Below, in pieces: positions 10,408-20,390 of a DNA stretch of 56,124 nt. Numbering within the stretch: the stretch's first letter is position 1; every line of letters starts with the position of its first letter. The notes under the pieces were generated by a model. It made no database searches. It was not told the origin of the DNA and worked only from the letters and a program-made list of their open reading frames with translations. The DNA comes from a virus (lineage: Duplodnaviria; Caudoviricetes). Made by a program: the position numbers and the translations under genes. The stretch spans positions 1 to 56,124 of IMG/VR virus record IMGVR_UViG_3300047478_000286, one strand, 5' to 3'.

Positions 10408-11118
10408 ATGAACAAATTAATTAAAAAAGATGTTGAAGTGGTAAGAAAGTCTATTACCGCGCTTACTCAAATATTAGCAGAGAAAAAAATAAGAGTCACT
10501 CAGCAGGGTGAAGATGCTTTTGTTGAGTCAAGAGACGGTGTCCCTGTAAGAATCAATATACCGTATATTCCTGACAATATTTCAGAAACTCTTTTGGCGG
10601 CAATTAACGGGTTCTTAGACCACGAGGTTGCTCACGTTCTTTATACAGACTTTAACGCAACAATTAGACACAAAATCCCACCAAACAGCGGCATATACCA
10701 ACTTTACAACATACTGGAAGATGCCCGTATAGAACTACGGATGCAAGAGAAATTCAAAGGTTCTAAAACAAACCTAACAAAAGTTGGCAACTTTGTTCTG
10801 GATAGCGTATGGAAACCGGGATTTGATGCAGCTATGAAAGAAGGCAGCGAAGAGCGAATCTTTCTAGCTCTTCTTGGCCCAGCGTTGAGAGCTATGGCAG
10901 GTCAAGAAATGTTTGCCAATTTTATGGAAGATAAGTGGGTGCATATTAGTTCAACAATTGAAAAACTTTCGCCACTGAAATCCAGAATTGCAAAGATGCA
11001 AAGCACCGATGAAGTTTGTGCCATTGCTAAAGAAATGGCAAAGATACTGAGTCAAAAAGACGAGCCAAAAAAAGACGAAGAGGGTGATGGCGAAAATTCC
11101 AAAAAAGATAAGTCTTAA
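10408..11118 (+). CDS. cobT: CobT-like protein, N-terminal part (ends at in-frame TAA; frame continues to 12477)
   Basis: GFLDHEVAH and NILEDARIE motifs; same frame as 11518..12477. Confidence 0.75.
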   Translation: MNKLIKKDVEVVRKSITALTQILAEKKIRVTQQGEDAFVESRDGVPVRINIPYIPDNISETLLAAINGFLDHEVAHVLYTDFNATIRHKIPPNSGIYQLYNILEDARIELRMQEKFKGSKTNLTKVGNFVLDSVWKPGFDAAMKEGSEERIFLALLGPALRAMAGQEMFANFMEDKWVHISSTIEKLSPLKSRIAKMQSTDEVCAIAKEMAKILSQKDEPKKDEEGDGENSKKDKS

Positions 11119-11211
11119 AAAGAAAAAGCAAAGTCAGAAAGCAGCAAAGGCAGCAAAAGCTCCGAAAAAAGCAAAAGCAAATCAGAAACCAAAGAAGAGC
11201 AGGAAAATGAT

Positions 11212-11280
11212 GAAGAGCCTGAAGAGCCTGAAGAGCCTGAAGAGCCTGAAGAGCCTGAAGAGCCTGAAGAGCCTGAAGAG
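11212..11280 (+). repeat. 9-bp tandem repeat (GAAGAGCCT)x7+, EEP in the cobT frame
   Basis: Seven perfect units plus GAAGAG. Confidence 0.95.
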
Positions 11281-11348
11281 AGTGACAATAGCGGCCCGGA
11301 AGAAGACGAAAGTGGAGAAAGCGAGGGCGATAATACCGATGATTCCGA

Positions 11349-11419
11349 TTCTGATGACGACAGTGACGATGACGAAGGTTCTGATGACGACAGTGACGAT
11401 GACGAAGGTTCTGATGACG
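11349..11419 (+). repeat. 30-bp tandem repeat in acidic linker
   Basis: TTCTGATGACGACAGTGACGATGACGAAGG x2 plus a partial unit. Confidence 0.9.
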
Positions 11420-11517
11420 GCGATTCTGATAACGACAGTGACGATGAAGAAAGCGGTGAAAAGAGCGAGAGCGAAGAGGGCTCGTTTGATATAGACAAGA
11501 TTGACAAAGGTGATTTT

Positions 11518-12477
11518 ATGGACGAATTCGCCAAATCAATTAAAGAGCTTTGCAGAAAAGAAAAAGTAGGGTCCGATTACACAATTTACACCACAGATAA
11601 TGACAGAGTTATCCCGTTCAAAACTAAAGGTATAGATGGGTTGGCGGATTTTGAGCAGAAGGTGTCTGGTGTTTCTGGTGTCCTCAAATACACTCTTGAG
11701 CGCCTAATTAAAGCGAAATCTGTTAGCAGAAGAATTGGCGGCAGAAAAAGTGGCTCAATAAACTCAGCGGCTCTGTATAGACTAAAAACGGAAGACTTTA
11801 GGGTTTTTAGACAAAAAGAGGAAAGCATTACCAATGACGTTGACGTAAGCTTGGTTGTAGATTGCTCTGGCTCAATGAGACATCAGGATAAAGTAAATGG
11901 CGAATATATAAGCAGAATAACTGTGGCAATGCAGTCAGCTTATGCCATGTGCGATGTGTTAACTAAACTAAATATCAACTGTGAAGTTATAGGTTTTACT
12001 ACAAACGCAAGCTTTGCCACAAGAGAGTCAGAGTCGCCAACTTACGGCTTTAGCAGATATGAGCCGCTGTATATGCCAATATTTAAAGAATTTGGCGAAA
12101 GGTTTTCTATTGAGCAAAAACAAAGAATTTATGAAATTCAGAGCAATATCATTGGCAGAGGTATACTTAGAAACAACGTTGACGGTGAATGTATCAGAAT
12201 AGCAGCTAAAAGATTAATATTCTTAGGCAAATCAAAGAAAAAAACAATGATAGTATTCTCAGACGGTAGGCCGGAAGCTTACGGTAGCGGCGCAGACCAG
12301 CACAGAGACCTCTTAAAAGCAGTTAAAGAAATCACCGCTTCGGGGATTAACTTAATAGGCATCGGAATAGGAGACAACGCGGTTAGAAACTATTACCCAA
12401 AATGCTCAGTCGTGAACAATATAGGCGAACTGCCTAATGTTTTACTGAAGGTTCTTTCTGACACGCTACTTAAGTAA
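11518..12477 (+). CDS. cobT: CobT-like protein, C-terminal vWA domain
   Basis: MIDAS DCSGSM, NVDGE, FSDGRP, GIGIG. Confidence 0.8.
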   Translation: MDEFAKSIKELCRKEKVGSDYTIYTTDNDRVIPFKTKGIDGLADFEQKVSGVSGVLKYTLERLIKAKSVSRRIGGRKSGSINSAALYRLKTEDFRVFRQKEESITNDVDVSLVVDCSGSMRHQDKVNGEYISRITVAMQSAYAMCDVLTKLNINCEVIGFTTNASFATRESESPTYGFSRYEPLYMPIFKEFGERFSIEQKQRIYEIQSNIIGRGILRNNVDGECIRIAAKRLIFLGKSKKKTMIVFSDGRPEAYGSGADQHRDLLKAVKEITASGINLIGIGIGDNAVRNYYPKCSVVNNIGELPNVLLKVLSDTLLK

Positions 12478-12492
12478 GTAACCGATTACTAA
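12475..12492. promoter_or_regulatory. 18-bp operator-like site between convergent genes
   Basis: TAAGTAACCGATTACTAA, begins at the cobT stop. Confidence 0.6.
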
Positions 12493-13316
12493 AATAATTC
12501 CGTAATTTGCATGTTATAATTTTCATTAAGCTGTTTTACCTTTTCCAGGTTTTTGTGGAAATTATATATCTTACCAAGCTCATCTATTGATGCGTCATTT
12601 TTTAAGCAGTTGGCTCTTCTTGAGGTTATTAATATATTACCCTTTACATAACCAAGAGAATTGTCAATGCGGTCAACGCTAACTGAATTAGGTTTATTTG
12701 CGCCAACATTGAATTGTATTTTCATGCCTAAAATCGGGCATGTTTCTGGTATGTCAATATCACTCTCTGTTAGGTTGAAATCTAAACCTTTTTTTGCAGC
12801 TCTAGTTTTTAAGGCTCTTAATAGGTATCTTTTTATGTTATTTTGTTTTGATTTTAAGGTGGATTGGCATGAACACTTTTTGCATTTATGCAAAACCCCC
12901 CCAACATATCTTTCAGAAGGGGTAAATTCAGATAGCGGCTTTGTTATCCCGCATATTGCACAGGTTTTTATATGAGGGCTTTCTTTGAAAAATTTTTTAC
13001 TAATTTTGCCTTTAAAAGGTATGTCGTTCCTTTTAAGTATATTAAACACCGTTGACCAGCAAATGTTTTCAGAATTCATTATCTCAACAATTGGCGTATT
13101 GTTTTTGTATTTCTCAATTACCGCTTTTTGGTCGCACCTCTTATTTGGTTTTTTGATTGGGGCGTTTTTTATAGAAACACCCCCAGCTTTGAGAATTCTA
13201 TACGTTCCGGTATATGAAAGCTCGAATTTTTTACCTATTTCTTCTATTGTTAGGGATGTTTCTAAATACATTTTTATAACATCTTGCCTTTCCTCAATTG
13301 TCGTGTGCTTTCTCAT
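12489..13316 (-). CDS. HNH-type homing endonuclease with N-terminal HTH-like repeats and Zn motifs
   Basis: CAIC..K...EF..CKKC; CPILG; SVDRIDNSLGYVKGN...SRRANCLKN. Confidence 0.8.
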   Translation of the reverse strand: MRKHTTIEERQDVIKMYLETSLTIEEIGKKFELSYTGTYRILKAGGVSIKNAPIKKPNKRCDQKAVIEKYKNNTPIVEIMNSENICWSTVFNILKRNDIPFKGKISKKFFKESPHIKTCAICGITKPLSEFTPSERYVGGVLHKCKKCSCQSTLKSKQNNIKRYLLRALKTRAAKKGLDFNLTESDIDIPETCPILGMKIQFNVGANKPNSVSVDRIDNSLGYVKGNILITSRRANCLKNDASIDELGKIYNFHKNLEKVKQLNENYNMQITELF

Positions 13317-13463
13317 TTTTTGCGTCTCAGCAGGTTAAATTAGTAATTATTTTATCATATTTAAAAATGAAGATAAACACAAAATAGCCAATCACACCCT
13401 GGAAATAGAAGTATAATATAAACATATCAAACACTTAAACGAAAAAACAATTGGAGAAATGCT

Positions 13464-14744
13464 TTGAAAATAACATGCAAACTATGCGGAGACCTGATAC
13501 ATTCTGTGGAGTTACACCTCAGAGACGCTCATAAAGAAGTCGCCTTAAAAGAATACAAAGAAAGGTTTCCAGAAGCGCCATTGTTTTCTGAGAGAGCTAT
13601 TGAGCTAATGAAGGCTAAGCGAGACGCTATAGCTGTCGCTGAGCAACCCTCAAAGGCCGAAGCGTCAAAACGCACAACAAAAGATAAGTCATTACCTACT
13701 TATGACAAGTCTGGTAAAGTTGCATTAACTAGCGTTTTTGGCATCACACGTAAGTCTTCTTTTAAAGCTTGGCAATCAATGTCTGGAGATGACATCATGG
13801 TATCCAAGCTGGACGCTGAAGGTGAATTTTCCGACCTTATCCCAAAGCTGGACAAAAATTACGTATTCTTACCAGAGCTTGTAAAAAATGTAATGCTTGG
13901 TATCGAAATGAACATACCAACTTATCTTTGGGGACATGCTGGAACTGGTAAATCCTCATTGATTGAAAACGTTTGCGCCGTAACGAATCGTCGGTATATA
14001 CGAGTGCAGCACACAATGAACACCGAAGAGTCACACATTGTTGGTCAGATACTTGCGAACAAAGATGGCACTTATTTCGAACCAGGCCCTCTTGCAATAG
14101 CAATGAGAAATGGCTTTGTTTATAACGCCGACGAGTATGACTTCGCCCACGCATCGGTCTTAGCGATTTATCAAGCGGTCCTAGAGGGTAAGCCTTTAGT
14201 CATTAAGGAAGCCCCACCAGAATGGAGAGTTGTGCAGCCACATGAAAACTTCAGATTCTTGGCTACTGGAAACACTAACGGAAGCGGTGACGAAACTGGA
14301 CTGTATAGCGGAACGCAAATGGGCAACTCAGCTAACTATTCGCGCTTTGGCATAACACAGCACGTTGAATATATGCTGCCAAAACTTGAAATACAGGTTC
14401 TATGCTCACAAGTTGGGTTGCAAAAAGAGCACGCGAAAAGAATGGTAGATTTTGCTAAGGCCATTAGAGAAGCCTATAACAACTCCAAAATGACCACTCC
14501 AATCGGAACAAGGGAGTTGATTTACAGCGGAAAAGTTGGAATGGCAAAAGGATGTTGGGTTACTGGAATAAGACTTGCGTATATCAATAGGCTCGCTTCT
14601 GTGGATAGAGAAATTGCAAACGGTGTCGCTCAAAGAATATTTGATGAAGCAACCTATGTTCCCTCAAGTGACGATGAAGACGATGATACCGATGCAGTGA
14701 GTTCAATAACCCCAGTCGATGCAGATTTGGATATATTGTTTTAA
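13464..14744 (+). CDS. cobS: CobS/MoxR-like AAA+ ATPase with N-terminal Zn finger
   Basis: CKLC..H..H; GHAGTGKS; PGPL; ADEYD; FRFLATGNTNG; TTG start after GGAG. Confidence 0.88.
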   Translation: MKITCKLCGDLIHSVELHLRDAHKEVALKEYKERFPEAPLFSERAIELMKAKRDAIAVAEQPSKAEASKRTTKDKSLPTYDKSGKVALTSVFGITRKSSFKAWQSMSGDDIMVSKLDAEGEFSDLIPKLDKNYVFLPELVKNVMLGIEMNIPTYLWGHAGTGKSSLIENVCAVTNRRYIRVQHTMNTEESHIVGQILANKDGTYFEPGPLAIAMRNGFVYNADEYDFAHASVLAIYQAVLEGKPLVIKEAPPEWRVVQPHENFRFLATGNTNGSGDETGLYSGTQMGNSANYSRFGITQHVEYMLPKLEIQVLCSQVGLQKEHAKRMVDFAKAIREAYNNSKMTTPIGTRELIYSGKVGMAKGCWVTGIRLAYINRLASVDREIANGVAQRIFDEATYVPSSDDEDDDTDAVSSITPVDADLDILF

Positions 14745-14747
14745 ATT

Positions 14748-15332
14748 ATGGCAAATATTGGATGCTTCGGCTCTGTAATTTGCCATGACTCAGAAAGCGA
14801 CACTTGTAAGGCATGTCCGCAAGTGTCGCTTTGCGGTGAGCTTGTAGGCAAAAACTTTAAAGAAATATCGGACAGCCTTACTGACAAAGGTAAAAAGGCA
14901 AAAACAAAAGCCGTCAAGAAACAAATATCAAGCGGCACAATCACTGAATTTTCCCAAGCTGACTTAAAAAAAGCTGGCGAAAGAATTGCGCTAACAAAAT
15001 ACGAAATGGCGGCGATAGCAAAAACAGCAACAAAAAAAAGAATCAAAAGACACCTAGCGAGTTTAAAGCGCAAAGGTATTTCCGGGAGCTATGTCAGAAA
15101 TGTTCTTGTTAGTGGCAAAAACCCATTCCAAGAAGAGAAACCTGAACTGTTAAAATTAGCATGTGAAAATATGTTAACCAATAATCTAACATTAAACAAA
15201 ACCCAATTAGTTGAAACGCATGAAAGGAAGGGAAAGCAAAGAAAGACCGCTCTTGCCCAAGCTGACACTGCTATAAATGTATTACAAGAATTAAATGTTA
15301 TTAATAAATACCTTAATTTTACAGGTGTATAA
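14748..15332 (+). CDS. Hypothetical protein with Cys cluster
   Basis: GCFGSVIC...CKAC...C; 194 aa. Confidence 0.75.
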   Translation: MANIGCFGSVICHDSESDTCKACPQVSLCGELVGKNFKEISDSLTDKGKKAKTKAVKKQISSGTITEFSQADLKKAGERIALTKYEMAAIAKTATKKRIKRHLASLKRKGISGSYVRNVLVSGKNPFQEEKPELLKLACENMLTNNLTLNKTQLVETHERKGKQRKTALAQADTAINVLQELNVINKYLNFTGV

Positions 15333-18300
15333 ATGAATTACTTTTACGTAGCCCGTTCTGACTTTTCTCTGGGGCAAAGTTTGCTGGGTCCAAAAAAGAT
15401 AGCTTATATAGCAAAGCGCGACAACGTTAAAACCGTTGCCTTGTGCGATACGATGACAATTTCCGGCATGACAGATTTTGTTTCCGCCTGTAACTCAGAA
15501 GGTATCAACTATATCATTGGCTGTAGGCTGTGCGTTGTTATGGACTTGGATTACAGAAAACCCAAACGCTCAGACTTGGCACTACCGAAACCCAATCCTG
15601 AATTCTACCCCAAAGTTTATGTAAAGAACGAGCAGGGCATGTTTGAGCTTATGCGCCTTCTTTCTTTAGCGAATAGCGATGAATCCGGCAGGTTTCATGA
15701 CAAAGCAAGAATCAATCTTAATGACCTGATTCAAGTCCTGAAAATTGGGAATCTGGCGTTCTCAACTGGGGATTTGGGTTCTGTTTTTATGGTAAGGGAA
15801 AAAGAATATAACTGGCAAACTATTATGAAATATATAGCCAGCGAAATTCCTCACGAGAATTTGTTTTGTGAGCTTTTTAACGCTGATAGCATACTCTATG
15901 CTAAGTATAATAAAAACGCGCTTGAGTGTGCTGTAGCTAACAATTTAAACATAATTACAAGCAACTTAACACTATACGATGAACAAGCGGACATGGTAGC
16001 TCTGGATGCGCTTTCTGCTATCGTTTCAAACAACAAAATCACAGACAGTTGGCGTAGTATTCAACAATTAAACTGCCTACATAGCAAATCCGACCCACAG
16101 ATGCACAAAGAATGTGGTGAGCTTTTTGCAAAACTTTGCGCAGACTACCCGCCATCGCTTGATTTAAGTTTGTCGAATCAAGCCTTGATAGACTCATGTA
16201 GCTACAAGTGGCAACAGCAACCAATATCTCTGCCAAAGATAGTCGCAGACGAAACAAAAGAGCTTGAAAGATTGGTGGTTGAGGGTTGGAAAAAAAGAAT
16301 CAAAAAACCAATTATGGGCTACAAGCCACCAGACGACCTGATTTACAAATACAAAGCAAGGTTACACTATGAACTTGGCACACTCAAGAAGCTTGGCTTT
16401 GAGCGTTACTTTATTCTAGTCAGCGATCTGGTCAGATGGTCAAAGCAAAATGGAATAATGGTAGGCCCTGCAAGGGGTAGTTGCGCTGGTTCTCTTGTTG
16501 CGTATCTGCTAGAAATTACAGACATTGACCCGATACGATTTAATCTTATTTTCGAACGTTTTATAAACCCTGAGCGACTAGATTTACCTGACGCTGACTT
16601 GGATTTTATGTCAACAAGACGAATGGAGGTAATTGACTATCTTATTGAAAAATATGGTAAAGAAAAAGTTGCAGGCATTTCAAACTATGGAACGCTAGCA
16701 TCAGCCTCAGCATTTAGAGATTGTGGCAGGGTTTTTAGTTTGACACCTGAGCAAATGGAGGCGACAAAATATGTCCCAAAAGAAAATGGAACGTCCTATG
16801 AATTAGAGGTCGCAGCGGAAGCTGTTCCCGAAATACAGGCGCTCAAAGAAGCGCACCCTAAAATATGGAGTATAGCTACGAAACTTGAGGGCGTTATGCG
16901 CTCACTAGGTAAACACGCAGCCGGAGTTGTTGTTGCGGACGAGCCTTTGGTAAATAGATGTGTTGTCGAATCGAGAGCTGGGGCACAGACGGTAAACTGG
17001 GACAGAATGAGTGTTGAAAGTTGGGGTTTGGTCAAGGTAGATATTTTAGGGCTAAACACATTAGATACTCTAAGAATAACCTTGGACTACATTAAAGAAA
17101 ACAGGGGTGAAGTTATTAATCTCTTGGACATACCATTGGGCGATGAAGAGACTATGGAAGCCTTTTCCAGAGCGCAAACAGTTGGTATTTTCCAATTGGA
17201 AAGTTCAAGTATGCGGTCAATCTTAAAGCGGCTAGCGAAGGGCGGCAGATTAACTTTTGACGATATATGCGCAACAACAAGTCTTAATCGCCCAGGCCCT
17301 CTTGAGTCTGGAATGTGCGAAGCTTACATTAAATGGCGACAAGGTATTGAAGACCCAGAGTATGCGCATCCAAGCATGATACCCGCGCTAGAATCAACTG
17401 GCGGAACTATGGTGTATCAAGAACAAACGATGCAAATAGTTAGAGACCTTGCCGGATTCTCGATGGCAGAAGCCGACCTTGTAAGAAAGGCGATTGGTAA
17501 AAAAGACCACGATAAAATGAAGAAAATCAAAGGCGGCTTCATTGAAGGTTGTATTAGAACCTCTCATATCACAGAAGCTCAGGCTGATAAGATATGGCAA
17601 GATATTGAAAAGAACGCCTCTTACCAGTTTAACTTAAGCCACGCCGTTAGCTATTCAGTTATTAGTTATTGGTGCGGTTATTTAAAAACACACTATGCGC
17701 CTGAATTCTTCGCAGCAACGCTAACAACGATTGACGATGAGGGTAAGCTGCAATCAATACTTTTTGACGCACAAAGGCATAAAATTAATGTAATGCCACC
17801 AGATATAAACATATCAAGTCACAAGTTTGTTATCCAGAAAAAAGATGAAGGTTATCAGCTTGTAGCTCCATTTAATAAACTTAAGGGTGTTTCCGACAAA
17901 ACAACGGCCGCAATTTTAGAGGCTAGAGAAAAAGTTGGTGGAAAGTTTAAAAGCATCAATCACTTACTGGAAAACGTGGCAAGAAGAAGTTGCAATGTAG
18001 GGCACGTTAAGGTCTTAGATACAGTTGGGGCTTTTGCGAATATAGAGCCTGGTCAATTACCAGTCAAACACCCAGATAGAATAAAAGACCAAATCGAGCT
18101 ACTGCCCGGTTTGATTAATGACTTGGTTAAGACAAGTAAAGTAACAAGTCTAAGTGACATAACTCTGCCAGCGAGTGCTCTGATAAGAGGTATCAGGAGT
18201 TGCGACAAATGCAGTTTAAAAGAATTGCAACATTGCATACCTGTCGCTGGCAACAAGATAACTTATATGGTAATTACTGACGCTCCAAACACTAGCGAAT

Positions 18301-18713
18301 CAAACGAAGGTAAAATGCTACAGGGCGATAGTTGCAATACACTTATCACGGCAATAAAAGACGCTGGCCTAAGAAAGACAAATGGTTATTTTACTTCGCT
18401 TGTAAAAGTAAAAAAGCCAAAAGAGCTAAAGATGTTTGCAAATGAAACTCTGATACCATGTGGAAAGCTTTTAAGCGAAGAGATAAAGATGGTAAACCCC
18501 GGAGTTATAGTCGCGCTAGGCGGCGCAGCGATTAGATACCTTTTGCCAGAACTAAAAGGCGGCTGGGAAGAGCTTGCTGGTAAGGTTTACTATTCCAAGA
18601 CGCTTGATTGCTCGGTTGTTTGCGGACCCAATCCTCAAATGGCGTTTTTCCGCGAAGAGATACCCGGCATATTGCAAAACGTTTTTGAAAAGGTATATGA
18701 AATGACAACTTAA
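15333..18713 (+). CDS. dnaE: DNA polymerase III alpha with C-terminal UDG-like domain
   Basis: PHP-like N-terminus, GPARGS.AGSLVAY, FERF.NPER..LPDADLD, HAAGVV, KVDILGL, YQFNLSHA. Confidence 0.95.
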   Translation: MNYFYVARSDFSLGQSLLGPKKIAYIAKRDNVKTVALCDTMTISGMTDFVSACNSEGINYIIGCRLCVVMDLDYRKPKRSDLALPKPNPEFYPKVYVKNEQGMFELMRLLSLANSDESGRFHDKARINLNDLIQVLKIGNLAFSTGDLGSVFMVREKEYNWQTIMKYIASEIPHENLFCELFNADSILYAKYNKNALECAVANNLNIITSNLTLYDEQADMVALDALSAIVSNNKITDSWRSIQQLNCLHSKSDPQMHKECGELFAKLCADYPPSLDLSLSNQALIDSCSYKWQQQPISLPKIVADETKELERLVVEGWKKRIKKPIMGYKPPDDLIYKYKARLHYELGTLKKLGFERYFILVSDLVRWSKQNGIMVGPARGSCAGSLVAYLLEITDIDPIRFNLIFERFINPERLDLPDADLDFMSTRRMEVIDYLIEKYGKEKVAGISNYGTLASASAFRDCGRVFSLTPEQMEATKYVPKENGTSYELEVAAEAVPEIQALKEAHPKIWSIATKLEGVMRSLGKHAAGVVVADEPLVNRCVVESRAGAQTVNWDRMSVESWGLVKVDILGLNTLDTLRITLDYIKENRGEVINLLDIPLGDEETMEAFSRAQTVGIFQLESSSMRSILKRLAKGGRLTFDDICATTSLNRPGPLESGMCEAYIKWRQGIEDPEYAHPSMIPALESTGGTMVYQEQTMQIVRDLAGFSMAEADLVRKAIGKKDHDKMKKIKGGFIEGCIRTSHITEAQADKIWQDIEKNASYQFNLSHAVSYSVISYWCGYLKTHYAPEFFAATLTTIDDEGKLQSILFDAQRHKINVMPPDINISSHKFVIQKKDEGYQLVAPFNKLKGVSDKTTAAILEAREKVGGKFKSINHLLENVARRSCNVGHVKVLDTVGAFANIEPGQLPVKHPDRIKDQIELLPGLINDLVKTSKVTSLSDITLPASALIRGIRSCDKCSLKELQHCIPVAGNKITYMVITDAPNTSESNEGKMLQGDSCNTLITAIKDAGLRKTNGYFTSLVKVKKPKELKMFANETLIPCGKLLSEEIKMVNPGVIVALGGAAIRYLLPELKGGWEELAGKVYYSKTLDCSVVCGPNPQMAFFREEIPGILQNVFEKVYEMTT

Positions 18714-18716
18714 AAA

Positions 18717-18734
18717 TAAGTAACTGAATACTTA
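18717..18734. promoter_or_regulatory. 18-bp palindromic operator-like site next to a CC-box promoter
   Basis: TAAGTAACTGAATACTTA, then TAACC-N13-TATAAT (18736-18759). Confidence 0.75.
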
Positions 18735-18803
18735 CTAACCGACAAAATCGAGTTATAATATACACTTTAGAAGCTATCAAAACACACAACACGAGGAATT
18801 TTT

Positions 18804-19298
18804 ATGTCCAAGCTAACCTTAAGCGAAGCGGGTTTTTCTGCGCAAATCATGCAAGATGTATCATTTACAGAGGCGTTAATAAACGAAGCGTTTGTTAGTC
18901 AGGCAGCTTTGTTTGCGTATTATGCTGACCAAAGCAGAGTTGCTACCAAAACAGCCGACAACTTGAAAATGCGCATTGACATGGTCGCTTCTTCATTGGA
19001 CGAAGCGATAAGAAACAAAGCCGCAACAGACGGCGCAAAAATCACAGAAAAGCTTGTAGAACAGGCAATTTGCCGTGACGACAAATACATCAAGGCTGTT
19101 GAGGAATACAACAACGCGAAGTCAACTGCCCAAATGTTACGTGATACATTAGAAGCATTGAAAATGAAAAAAGATATGCTCATACAGGTCGGAACAAATA
19201 TCCGTGAAGAAAAAAGGGTTACAGCCGTGTATGAAGCACCCGATTTAATGAAACAAAGGCGCGAAAGTATTTTGAAAAAAACACAAGAGCCTAATTAA
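18804..19298 (+). CDS. UvsY-like recombination mediator (putative)
   Basis: All-helical 164-aa protein whose pattern resembles T4 UvsY; lies before ssb/recA. Confidence 0.5.
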   Translation: MSKLTLSEAGFSAQIMQDVSFTEALINEAFVSQAALFAYYADQSRVATKTADNLKMRIDMVASSLDEAIRNKAATDGAKITEKLVEQAICRDDKYIKAVEEYNNAKSTAQMLRDTLEALKMKKDMLIQVGTNIREEKRVTAVYEAPDLMKQRRESILKKTQEPN

Positions 19299-19388
19299 AA
19301 GAATTTGTTAGCGATAACAAGTAAACCCGCTGAAAAGTCGCAAGACGAAAAGGCATCAAATAAAACTAAATAAACCAAAGGTAAAAAT

Positions 19389-20324
19389 ATGTCAAGTTTA
19401 AAAGATTTAATGCTAAAGAAAAAACAACAAATCGCCCAATCAACAGGCCGCTTTGCTAAAGCAGTGAAGCCAAAAATGGGAACTTCTCGCTGGAGAATCT
19501 TACCATCTTGGAGACAGCAAGAAGGCTGGGAAAGAACCAATCCAGACCAAGACATTAATCAGTTTTGGCATGATTTTGGGCAACACTACATTAAAGATCA
19601 AAACGACGAGCTGAAGGCTGTTTATATTTGCTCAAGCAAAACGTTCGATACTCCATGTGCCGTATGCGATACATTACGTGATGGATATTCAAAAGCAACA
19701 ACCGACGAAGACAAGGATTTAATCAAGAAGGCTTTTGCCACTGGTCGTGTTTTGGTAAATGCGCTTGATATTCAAACAGACCCAACAACTCCGGTAGTGC
19801 TTGAACTTTCGCCAACGACTTTCGACTTGTTTTTGAATCTTTACATGCAAAACATTGACCCTGCTAACGAAGATTTTAATATCGTCACTGACCCAAATGA
19901 CGGTCTTGATATTAACATTACTCGTGAAGGCACTGGGCTCAATACAAAATACAGCATAAGCCCGGTAATTAAAGGCTCAAAAGCTGTGCCTGCTGATGTT
20001 CTCTCAAAAATGACTGACCTTGATGCTTATGTTGCCCAAGAAACCTCACAAGGTTTAATTAAAGCAAGCCAAGAAGCAAGTAAGTTGGTTCACTATGCAG
20101 CAGCGACAGCCGGTGCAATTGGCAGTGATGCTTTTGAAACTAGCGATGTGCCTCATTTTGAGTCGCCAAAGCCAACAAAAGCCAAAAAAGCAAGCGTTGC
20201 AGAAACAAAAGCCGAAGACTCTTATGACGATGGCGTTATAGAGGGTTCATACGAAGCAGTTACAGCCGATTCAGAAATGCCAGAAGAAGAGTTAAACGCT
20301 CTTTTAGAAGGCTTGGACGACTAA
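19389..20324 (+). CDS. gp32-like single-stranded DNA-binding protein
   Basis: RILP, H..C...PCAVC, G.DI.I.R.G.GLNTKY, acidic tail. Confidence 0.8.
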   Translation: MSSLKDLMLKKKQQIAQSTGRFAKAVKPKMGTSRWRILPSWRQQEGWERTNPDQDINQFWHDFGQHYIKDQNDELKAVYICSSKTFDTPCAVCDTLRDGYSKATTDEDKDLIKKAFATGRVLVNALDIQTDPTTPVVLELSPTTFDLFLNLYMQNIDPANEDFNIVTDPNDGLDINITREGTGLNTKYSISPVIKGSKAVPADVLSKMTDLDAYVAQETSQGLIKASQEASKLVHYAAATAGAIGSDAFETSDVPHFESPKPTKAKKASVAETKAEDSYDDGVIEGSYEAVTADSEMPEEELNALLEGLDD

Positions 20325-20328
20325 AGGT

Positions 20329-20346
20329 TAAGTAACAGCTTACTTA
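20329..20346. promoter_or_regulatory. 18-bp palindromic operator-like site
   Basis: TAAGTAACAGCTTACTTA (perfect 7-bp arms). Confidence 0.8.
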
Positions 20347-20378
20347 GATAGGGCGTTAACACAACGCCCTATCATTTT
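20347..20378 (+). terminator. Hairpin/terminator after ssb
   Basis: GATAGGGCGTT/AACGCCCTATC 11-bp stem plus ATTTT. Confidence 0.6.
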
Positions 20379-20390
20379 ATGAGGCTTAGT

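Noticed and set aside
11116-11118. Genome-wide stop-codon reassignment to explain the cobT TAA
   Set aside because: TAA, TAG and TGA all end conserved genes at expected positions (phoH, nrdA, dnaB), and other long genes have no internal stops
11084-11534. ORFs 11084..11494 (+) and 11115..11534 (-)
   Set aside because: Shadow frames of the low-complexity cobT linker repeats
12661-13338. Plus-strand ORFs 12661..12975 and 12985..13338
   Set aside because: Antisense shadows of the HNH gene, which has recognisable motifs
7072-20051. CCTCACAA matches in primase and ssb as c4 RNA targets
   Set aside because: Inside coding regions, with no adjacent second complementary box noticed
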